A stretch of 64,000 nucleotides of DNA from Marsupella aquatica. Its lineage: Eukaryota; Plantae; Marchantiophyta. This document shows, piece after piece, positions 12,971-23,100 of this stretch (the first letter of the stretch is position 1; each line of letters opens with the position of its first letter). The notes under the pieces are model-generated. The model was not told the DNA's origin, did not search any database, and saw nothing but the letters and a program-made list of their open reading frames with translations. Both the position numbers and the translations under genes were made by a program. Location: contig OZ316898.1 in the NCBI GenBank assembly GCA_973895155.1, positions 4,464,480 through 4,528,479 of the forward strand. Direction: 5' to 3'.

Positions 12971-14031
12971 CCGTCTTCCCCCAAACACAAGGCCCGGGCG
13001 CTATATTCGAATAGTGAGCCAAGGGGCGCTCTATTTGAATATAGCGCCCAGGACACTGTGTTCGAGTTTGAAGTCAATGTTTTCATTTTTCGGACTTGTG
13101 GCACTTTGTTTGAAATGTGGCATTGTGTTCAAACTTAAGGTAATGTGCTTGAATTCTAGCATTGTGAGATGCATGTAAAGTGTAAGTAGGAATAATATGC
13201 ATAAAAGTTATGTGTATTAGAGAGGAGTGTGTTCAAGTTTTGGTTTTTTGACTTCCCAACAATATTTGCTCATTCAAAGGATGTGTAGCTAAATAATTGA
13301 ACCACTGAAATTACACAAGGGGAGAAATCAAATTTGCAATAGAAAACAAAACCTAACAAATCATACATACCAAGTGTATTATTATCACTTAGTAAAACAT
13401 ATTCGTCCACTTTTCACAGTTGTTCGTTTTACTGTGACCAATTTGCTCATTTCTATAATTATTTAATCTTTCTTCATGCAGTGTGGAATGTTCGTGAGAC
13501 TGCTTTGTTTCTATTATAGTGCCTTGATCTTGAAGGCAATGAAAAATTGAAAATAGAGAAAGTGAATAGTCAGACCTAATTATGCACGTAGGTACTATGG
13601 GTTTCTTTGACAAGACATCGTGGCATCAGTCAGAGGTTGATGTGAAAGTCTGTCAAAAGTTCACACAGCAGAACAATATTTCGATACTTCCGGATTGCTA
13701 CTTAACATTTTGGAAACAGCGCACACTTCTCTGAGAATGAAGGATTTTGAAATTAGCTTACATTTCTCAAAGGACAATGGATTTTGTAAGTTGAAAGAGC
13801 GGATGTGTCGGACGATTTTAAAGTAACGGCTAGTAGGTGCAACCCGGTTACCTTTCTCCTATAGTCACTTGAATGTGCACATTTTCAAACACAAAGTCAA
13901 TTTTGAACACAGCACCTGGGCGTTGTGTTAATATGGTGTTGTGTTTGAGTGAAAACGTCGTTTTTGCCTAAAGTCCCTGTTTTGACCATATTCGAACACA
14001 GCGCCCAGGCATTGTGTTTGGGGGAAGACAA
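12971..14031. mobile_element. Non-autonomous Tc1/mariner (pogo-like) TIR element, about 1.06 kb
   Basis: Terminal inverted repeats of about 45 bp: ccgtcttcccccaaacacaaggcccgggcgctatattcgaata versus the right-end reverse complement ttgtcttcccccaaacacaatgcctgggcgctgtgttcgaata. Flanked by TA at 12969-12970 and 14032-14033. No transposase ORF. Confidence 0.8.
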
Positions 14032-14539
14032 TAGCTTGAATATCCATACCTTGTATATAAATAATGGTGAGACCAAAAAAATGCATATATTATTTCTCAC
14101 TTATAATGGTCTCATCTTTGTTTTTTGGTCCAATTTTGGTCCTTTTTTAAATACAGTTTTCCATATATGGAGTTACAATTTAGAGGTCTCATCCTAGACC
14201 CTAGCCTTTGAAAATATCTTATATTTGAAATTTATTAATAATATTAGGGTAGACCATCTTGGTAGTGAGGCTGAGGTGTAATAATCAAAACCCAGTAACA
14301 TTTATCGCTTCTTATTGAAACCTCACACAAAAGTGACTTTTGGACTTTTGCTCTTGACACTTTGGAAGAAAAATGGCAATAATTGTTCATTCTTTTTTTT
14401 GCCCATCTTGGGTAGTCGAAATGCCATAAATGATTATTTGATTTTTCTGTGGACATATAATAATAATAATAATAATCTAATATCATAAATGACTTTCTAG
14501 GACTTGTTTACAGTTGAATCTTTTACACCTCACCAGAGT

Positions 14540-14930
14540 TCTTTTTCCTTGCCCGGAGATTTGGACCAAACCTTTTGTTCCACCCACGGTCTGGAAGGAG
14601 AGAAGCTGCCCGAGAAGTACCGTACCCTCAGGATTCCATGACGCACCTCCTTCCTGTCCTTCCAAGCCCCGACATCACTGTCCTGCCCAAGAGGCTGCCC
14701 CTCTGCTTGCTAGCATATTTCGCACTGCCCCACTCCCAAACGTTTTTCTCTGCCCAGAGGTTTGAACAAAACATTTGGTTCCCCCCACGGGCTGGAAGCT
14801 GGCCCGCTGCCCCATAAGTACGGTCCCCAGCGTAAATGACTAATTCGAGTCCTTCCAAGCCCGGCCCATAATTATCATTCCTGCCCGCCTCGACGCTGCC
14901 CGTTCGCAGGCTCATATATTTTGCACTTCC
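14540..14930. repeat. Two tandem copies of the 200-bp C-rich repeat
   Basis: Internal duplication of gtccttccaagccc / cccacgg.ctggaag / catattt; related to 12270-12460. Confidence 0.7.
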
Positions 14931-15736
14931 TGGTCTGGTCAGGGGCAAATCTTTCCCGTCTGCCGTGTTTTGTTGGTTCTCCCTGCCCCTGCCCCTCTTT
15001 GAAGAGCGTTTCTGTGCTTATTAGATACTTTATAACTTTGTGACCTTTTAAACAGAGTCGAAGATTATCAGATACTTTGTGACTTTGTGTTGAAATGATT
15101 CACTCTCTTGTCATCAGAGATATTTCGTCGATGGGACCCCAAAACGCAAAAGCTGGCTTCAGTGCTAGAAAGAGCTTGTTTTTTCTCACTTTTCGTAGCT
15201 TGGAGAAAGGAGGCCTTATCCCCCATTCAATCCTTGTTGTCTTCTTTGGAGAGTGGGTGTTTGTAGCACTATAAACAAGTTGCACATTCACTATGCTTTG
15301 TAGGGCGGAGTGTTGGTTTTACAGTCTCTATATATAAATTCCTCTTTGTGACCGTCGTATACAATTTTGTCCAGAGCTAAATCAGGCTTCCCAATTTGCT
15401 GCTCTGGCTTTTTTGCCATTGTGGGGACTCTTAGGCTTTTTTGTTCTTCGGTCTTATAGTGGTTTTTCCCTTATGTCCTCCTCCCTTATTGGGTTTCATG
15501 TTTGCAATTCTGTGCGGTTTGGCACATTTTGTTATATCTCATGGCATGACCATGTCAAGGGTAAGGTGGACACATTAGAGCCTTCTCGTCCACCCATGAA
15601 GCCAGGAAATGAATTTGATTTGGCAACAAATGAGTTTTTGTGAATTTGTGAGCCAACAAAATAACCATATAGTATTGATGCGCAGTCTATATATATCACA
15701 CTGCCAATGAACAAAATCCACAAACTAGGAAACAAG

Positions 15737-16065
15737 ATGGCTAATCTGTATTCAACTTTCTCAGTGTCTCACTCTCAAACTGCTTTCATTCCATTCCATC
15801 CTGATATAATTATATCAATTTTGGCACATGCTCAGATTGAGTGTCAACCTCAATCATTTGAATCATTCCTGAAGCTTCATTTGAAGCTTCAAATCAAAGA
15901 AGTTGAGATGTTAAATATTTTTTACACCATTCCCTACCATTACTTCAGAATCTTATTTAAAGAAGATGAGAGAGACATTGCACAGTACTCAGACCTTTGA
16001 TATAGTGGTCAGGGGCTACAATTGATCAGCAATGCACTCTTCTGGATAAGACTACCAAAACTCAC
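15737..16065 (+). mobile_element. Decayed LINE ORF1-like fragment
   Basis: The translation ...HYFRILFKED...*...NALFWIRLPKL resembles the F-rich strand and WIRLP motif of plant L1 ORF1. It has an in-frame stop and is CpG-depleted. Confidence 0.35.
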
Positions 16066-16886
16066 TTCAAGCTGGACTAGCTTAATTATAACTCAAAACA
16101 AGAAATTTTGTTTCATAGCAATTAGTGTTAGTAATTTGAGAACAGAGAAATTTGGGCTTTACTCAAGAATTAGTGTTTTCTCTGTTCTCAAATTACTATT
16201 TTGAGAAATTGACAACTTAGTATGAATTTAGACTCAAGAGCACCAACTTGTTACTAACACTTAAACAAGAGTGGAATTGTTTTTAAACACCAACTGCTTT
16301 GGACTCTGGATCACTTTCACCAAATTAGTGTAAACACTAATTTTGTAGTAACAAACACTAATTTTGTAGTAACACCAGTTCTTGCATAACAGTAATTAGG
16401 AGTGAACAATGTGAATTGATTGATGGGAAGGTGGGCTTAGGTGACTGACAAGACAAGGCAAATGACCAGATGTGCTAGATTTCTGAACAAATGTTCCACA
16501 TAAACCCAATCAGGTGCTTTCTTCACATCTTTATTGTGGATGAGAGTTTGATTAGCTGTAAGAAACTTGAACATCTTCAAGTCAGGATGTGCTTGCAAAC
16601 ATTTTTATTGTAGCAAAAATTTGCTGGATTCCACCTCACTGAAAAGTCTTTGCCACTTCTTCTCTTCCATTACCCAGTTTCCCACCTAGCCGTAGACCCA
16701 TTAGCTAGAAGCTGGCAGTTATCCTTAAACCTAGGGCGATCAGAAATTCATCTAAGAATTATTAGATATGGAATATTTTTAGCATCTTCTGAAGGTGGCA
16801 TATGCCACCCAATAAAGAAAAGAAAGACCTTAAGAATTGGTGACTCAATCAAGTCACCTGTAGAAGGTATTAAAGAGCTGCGAAAG

Positions 16887-17582
16887 TTACCAGTTAATGG
16901 GCCAGTCAATGGCCCACTTCTTAGTGGGCAAAATCTCTGGACAAATTTCCCAAGTTTTCACAGGAGGGTCAAACATGTGTGGATGATTAGGGTACATGCT
17001 TGGTCGCAATTGATGCAGAGTGATAAACCAAGCGCATGTCTCCGAATCTTTGAAATTAACTATTTCCTCTGCAAGACCATGCATCCCCTGCAACTCTTTC
17101 ATTGACAGCTTCTTGTCCTTGGTCAAGAAATGGTCGTTGTTGTAGGCCAGCGGGATGTGAGCATGCTCAAGATTGACAGGGTATACCTCCATGTTGAGCT
17201 GCTTACCCATCTCATAACGAAATTCCTTGACGCAATACTCATATCGATTGGTCTTCACCCCACGATTGCTGTAGGTCAGTTTGAGAGGAATTCCAAGAAA
17301 TCCATCTCGAGCAGAAGTCAGATCAACAGGGTTAGGCTTCTTGACATCTGGACGGTTGTAAGGTGCAAATTTCTTCACAGCCAGATCCAAAAGATACCCA
17401 ACATCCTCAGCCGATTGCTCGTTGCCCTTTGCTATCACCTGAGTCATGTCACAGTGTGGAGGGAACATTGCACCTTCATGCAATCCATAATAAGATAATG
17501 AAGCAAGCAAATATTTTTCTATAGTTTTGTAGAATTTGGATTTGTAATGTGGCTCCAGGTAAACAACCAATTGAGGTCGCAT
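16887..17582 (-). CDS. Stand-alone 2H phosphoesterase-superfamily protein, UBASH3/Sts-1-like, with degenerate HxS/T motifs
   Basis: Intact 231-aa intronless ORF with the pattern LVVYLEP...MFPPHCDMT...FLGI...HAHIPLAY...LAEEIVN...CAWFITLH. This parallels the UBASH3-type 2H domain as I recall it (YVLYLRP...IFPHITL...FIGL...LHVTLAY...LAQNID...CDW). TATA-like TATAAAG at 17772-17766; in-frame stop 5 codons upstream of the ATG. Confidence 0.7.
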   Translation of the reverse strand: MRPQLVVYLEPHYKSKFYKTIEKYLLASLSYYGLHEGAMFPPHCDMTQVIAKGNEQSAEDVGYLLDLAVKKFAPYNRPDVKKPNPVDLTSARDGFLGIPLKLTYSNRGVKTNRYEYCVKEFRYEMGKQLNMEVYPVNLEHAHIPLAYNNDHFLTKDKKLSMKELQGMHGLAEEIVNFKDSETCAWFITLHQLRPSMYPNHPHMFDPPVKTWEICPEILPTKKWAIDWPINW

Positions 17583-18934
17583 GCTGGATAGAGTTTAGGG
17601 ATTTTCCTGGATATTGGAAATGGTGGTGACTACTATAAAACTCCCCATTCTATGTCAGATGGCAGTTTACCCCCTGCAGCTCATGTAAGGTTGCTTATCA
17701 GTGTCAATCTAAGACACCCCACGGACATCACAGCTGTGTTCTTTGTTTATTGCGCCAGGCCTGCCCTTTATACAATTGTGACAGATTTAGGCAGATTTCA
17801 GCTTTGAACTAAGGAGTGATTCTAAATCAACAATCAACTGGGGTTAATTTGGCCAATTTTTTTTCATGTGCTCCATTGCAAGGGGCAGAAAAGTAAGAGC
17901 ACCATGTCTTACTTTGATATTAATCTTGGAACCTGCCCGAAAGTCCAATCGATATGACCCCCAAATGTACCCAGTTTGCATTGCTTGTACCATGACCTTT
18001 GAAGATTAGTGCAGTGTCTGAAATCTTGTGCTACCCGGGCTTGTACACAATCTCTAATAGTGTGTTAAGATTGGAATCTAATTAGTAAGATTCAAGACTG
18101 AATTAACATTGATATTATTGGAGTTCAACAAACAAACAAACAAACAAACAAAGAGCTGGTTGGTTGTCCTAAATACAAAGCTGGATGGCATTGTTTGCCT
18201 GGCAGGGACCAATGGCAGAGCAGAGCATTTCAGGGCAATAAAGACAGACTTAGATGTAGCTTGAAGAGAATTTGAGATGTGACCTGAGCATTTCAGGCAG
18301 TTGATATGGCCTACCCAGCAATCTTTTGAAGCCATTACAATAAAGGATACTACTCCATCATCAGAAAAGGATTGATACACACCATAAGTCAGCCAGAAGA
18401 AACTTAGGATGACAGGAACTCATGCCAAATTAGTACCTTTCAGATTTTGCTAGTAAACCCTGTATCTAGTTTTCAAGGCCACAAAATTTTCATACCTTCT
18501 ACTAAAATTCGCAAAATAAAATTGTAGAAATCATTGACTTGAAACATGCAATCTGGACAAGACTGTAAGAAGCAGCACTAAATCTTTAGTGGGTAAGAAA
18601 TTCAAAGTAGATAGTAGAAGTCACCAGGCAAATGGAAACTCTCCATTTACAATGAGAAAAGAAGTCAATTAGGAAGATCTGAAGAGGCAGGGTAGACCAT
18701 TTGTGTGATAAGGTCATTCTACACTGACTCTGAATCAATGTTAGAGGCAATATTTCATGAGACTAGATTTTCATGATCAATTGTGCTGTGTCCTGCTTTA
18801 GACACTTAGGCCGGTGCAGCCCACAGTATCTCTAGTATCACTAGCTACAATTGCAGGTCACGAAGGTTAGGTTCATATAGCAGGTTCATTGGCTAGTTTT
18901 TAGAGATAATTATTTTATTTTTAATTTGTATTAG

Positions 18935-19140
18935 GGGAGTCTCTTCATGTTTTTTCTGACTTTTTAAATGTAGACAGAACCCCATTAAACTTGTTACTTA
19001 TTTCAGTTTGAAGTGGGTTTCTAGGGGCTTCAGGTTACATTATAATTATGCAGCTCTAATTTGACAATAGACTTCCAATGCTTCTGTTTGCTACAATTAG
19101 TAAATCAACCTGCTAAAATTTTGACTTCCTTTTTATAGAA
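18935..19140. repeat. Dispersed AT-rich repeat (second copy at about 23650-23850)
   Basis: ggagtct...tagacagaa.ccc...ttatttca...ctctaat...ttgac.tcc is shared between the two loci. Confidence 0.55.
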
Positions 19141-20620
19141 GCTATGTGACCTGCACAAAGTGAACATTTTCAATTGTTATTATCCCCTTCATCATCTGCT
19201 GTAAGTTGTGATCTGTCCTATGTAGGTTTTTTCTTTGTTTAATTATCCATGTGAAGTTGGTGCTTTGAATAGGTATATTCGTATGTCTCCCAATCATGTA
19301 CAATTAGTCCAATATGTAAGCTTGTTTTATTGACCTATTTGCAGCCATGAAGAGTTACACATTGGAAATAGATAGATGAGAAGACAAAGATTAAATTAAG
19401 TATTCTAGATGAAATGAATTTTAAAGGTAGTTAGCACATTTCATTGAAGACAAATAGGAGTACATTCATGGTAATATGAAAGGTAATTCTCCATGCAAAA
19501 ATTTTCCCTTAGTACCTTTATGTCTATAAAATACATGTAACATTTTCATATGGTTCATGAAAGATATTATTTTGTCCATAGTAGTTGAAAGGTCACATAG
19601 TCCCTTGGTATTCCTTTACCAATAGTAGTTATGGTGTTTCTTACCTTTGTTTGTTATTCCTCTATCCAGAGTGGTTTCTTAAGTTACCTTGGTAAATGTT
19701 AGAGAAGTTGAAAATTTTATTGGGTTTCTTATGTTACCTTGGTAAATGTTTGAGTAGTTCAAGAGTTTCTTCTACTTGTCATTACTTTGAAAATGTGTAA
19801 ATTAAATTGAAAATTGAAACAGATTACCAGAAAACACTGATATATCAATCATAGCTCATCCTACTACTATTTTCTTTCACCCCTATTTTTCCCTTTTCTT
19901 TGTTAACTTGAAATGTTACTTTTCATTTTCCCATTGTTTTTACAATTACAAAGCCTAACTGTTTTTCTTTGCCTTGCCTCAAACACGAATAGTCAAATTT
20001 GGCTCTTCTTGCACAACTTACGGTTCTTGTTTGTGAAAAATCATGTTGATGTGGCTACACGTGCATCCAGGAATTTTGGAAGTGACTTCCCATGTGGGTC
20101 GTAAAGAGTTGTTAGTCAAATTTGTAAACCCCTTTTACAAATATTATTTGTGTTTTATCTTATGTTTCAAGTAACCCTTTTAAATCAAATGTTTGATTTC
20201 CCTCATTAATCATTTATGTTCCCATCTGAAATTGACACAAGATGAGCAAGACCCTCAATAAAATTGTTGAATAACCATGCACACCTTTGTATATTATGGA
20301 CCCTGGTTGTTGAAAGTGTATTATATTTACTCACATAATAATCATCAATTGTTAGCATTAATAATTATATGTCCATAGACAATTAACTGTCCACGGACCT
20401 AGTTCCCCCTTTCTTTCATTCATGAAGGGCAATCTCAAGGCTCATTAAGAGCCTGCCCCCTTCACATTTTTTTTGGAATTTTCCTTAGCATGAATGATAC
20501 TCACTTTTTGGGTGGGGTGAATGTTAAAACACACATTCAGGAACACAGGTTTGGAACCCAGGGGCTCCCACTCCCCAATGAGCTGTGTGCCAGTGAACCT
20601 TTCCCCAATTTATGTGAACA

Positions 20621-22003
20621 CTAGCTCAATACCTGTGCGTTGCACAAAAGAAGTCGTGTCGGCTTAAGATGTTGTTGAGAAAAAAAAGATGTCGTGTCGG
20701 CCAAGAGGTCGTTGAGAGAAAAGATGTCTTGTCGGCCAAGAGGTTGTGGAGAGAAAAGATGTCATGTCGGCCAAGAGGTCGTTGAGAGAAAAGAAATCGT
20801 TGAGAAAAAAGATGTCGTGTTGGCCAAGAGGTCGTTGAAAAAAAAGTTGTCATGTCGGCCAAGATGTCGTTGAAAAAAAGATATTGTCTCGGCAAAGACA
20901 TCATTGAGGGAAAAGATGTCGTGTCAGCCAAGACATTGTTGAGGGAAAATACCCGTGCATTGCACAAAAAATGTCGTTAAGAAAAAAGATGTTGTGTCGC
21001 CCAAAATGTCATTAAAATAAAGATATCATGGCGCCCAAGATATTGTTAAGAAAACAGATGTTGCGCGTCCAAGATGTAGTGTCCCCCAAGATGTTGCTAA
21101 GAGGAAAGTGTTGTGGCGCCCAAAATGCTCTTAAGAGAATTATATATTGTGTTTCCCAAGAATGATGTTCTTATGTGAGATGTCATGGAATAAAAATATG
21201 TTGTTAAGAAAAATAAGTCATTTTGCCAAAGATGGCATGTTGCCCAAAAGGTCATCAAGTAAAAAATTGTGTCAAGTAAGTAGATGTCATGCCGGCAATG
21301 ATATCGTTATGCCAAAAATGTCGTTAAGTATTAAGATATTGTTAAGTACAAAATGGTCAATAGATAAAGTATGTCATTACTCAAAGATGTTGTGAAGTAA
21401 AAGATGTTGTTAAGTACATCTTGGGCCTGATACCTGTGCATTGCACAAATGATGCATGTTAAGGTGAGAAAATATATCAAGGTGAGAAAAGATGTCCATA
21501 AGAGAAAAACATTTCGAGCTGAGAAAAATATGTCAAAGAGAGAAAAGATGGTAAGGTGAGAAAAAGATGTCACATTAGAGAAGAACATTCTGAGGTGAGA
21601 AAAATATGTCAAGGAGAGAAAAGATGGTGAGATGAGAAAAAGATGACAGGATGAAAAGAAATGTTGAGGGTGAAGAAAGATGGCCAGGTGAGATAAAGAT
21701 GGCCAGGTGAGAAAAATATGGCAAAATGAGACAAATATAATATATATGTCGAGGTGAGAAAAGATCTCAAGGTGAGCAAAGATCTTGAGGTGAGAAGATC
21801 TTAATATGAAGAAAAGATGTCAAGATGAGAAAATATTTTATCTCTATTTTATTTATATTTGAAATTATTTCAAAAAAATTAGAATTATTTATATATAAAT
21901 AAATTTAATTAAATTTTGATTAAATTTTTCATTGTGGCAGGTATGGGAAAGTTAAAGGGTAACTTGGGCAGGAACTTATTTTTAGAAGGGGTGTATGGAT
22001 AGA
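20621..22003 (-). mobile_element. Non-autonomous Helitron-like element filled with minisatellite
   Basis: On the minus strand ...tgtgcaacgcacaggtattgagCTAG|t (3' end at 20621) gives a short hairpin followed by CTAG and T, the canonical Helitron 3' end. The hairpin recurs at 20951 and 21432. The interior is about 36-bp (aagatgtcgtgtcggccaagaggtcgttgagagaa) and about 20-bp (gtgagaaaagatgtcaag) repeats. The candidate 5' a|TC end at 22003 is tentative. Confidence 0.6.
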
Positions 22004-22762
22004 TGTTACAGTGTGGAGAAAATTATGTTTTGATGAACATTCAAGATTGAGTGTCACTTTTTTTAGTTTGTAAAGGGACCGGATCAAGATTATACTGGTA
22101 AAGGGAGGTCTCCTTGATACTCTTGCATTGCTAGAGACCCTCCTTATTTTCTTTGTACTATTCAATTCATTTTTTGCTTGGAAACATTGCTCTCCATTTC
22201 ATTCACAAAGTAAATCATTCTTTCATGTTTTTCATTTTTAGTATATTGCAAATTTGAATGACTACTATAAAAAAAGTAAAATTTTATTATAGTTTTTGAC
22301 ATTGTCCTTGTCATCTAATCTATTGTGTTTAATTAACCTATTTTAATTAATTACTATCATTATTATATTTTGTAATATTGTGATATTTGCAATAATATAT
22401 AATATCATATATATTATGTATTTTTATATTTCATGTGTATGGGTTAGGAAACTCCTTGATACTCATGCATGTACATTTTTTCTCTTGCATTGGCTCCCTC
22501 CTTTTGTCTCTCCCATTTGATTGCCTTCTTGTTTGGAATGCATTCATTACTTTTTTGGTGCACACTAAATTTAATATAACTTTTATTTTTTCTCTTTTAC
22601 ATGATTAATATTTATTGGACATGGCAAATTTGAATGACGATCACTTCATTAAAAAAGTGCAACCTTGTATTATAATTTAATATTCATTTGCACCAGGTAT
22701 TTAATCTAAAATAAAATCCAACACATGAATAGGCAGCACTTAGGGGGCAATTAATGTAGATT

Positions 22763-23100
22763 AACATTAATTAACCTCAAGATTGGCTTTCTACCTTAAT
22801 TGCTTTTCACTGAGCATGACAATTATGAGCCTCTCGTACTGGCTGCCCATGCCTTGCTATGTTGGCTCTCTCAAACAAATGTTTCTACAAGTAATTACTA
22901 ACCCTACTTTTGGATAGATGAATGTTACATGAGAATTCATATGAGCACGATTCAAGCTTGAGACCTGCCTTGAGCATAGGGGCACCTGATGACCAGATTG
23001 CCTCATGCCTAGTATTTTTCTACATGCAACTGGCAGGCAGCAACCTCGCTATTCACATGGGCTAATAAATGCAACACAACATTAATTAGCCTCAAGAATG
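22763..23100 (-). mobile_element. tRNA-derived SINE-like insertion with a 23-bp target-site duplication
   Basis: Direct repeats aacattaatta(a/g)cctcaaga(t/a)tg at 22763-22785 and 23078-23100. The minus-strand interior has A-box-like tgaggcaatctggtc and B-box-like aggtctcaagcttgaatc. Confidence 0.5.

Noticed and set aside
20626-21612. ORFs with repeated FSTTSWPTRHL-type motifs
   Set aside because: Translations of the minisatellite.
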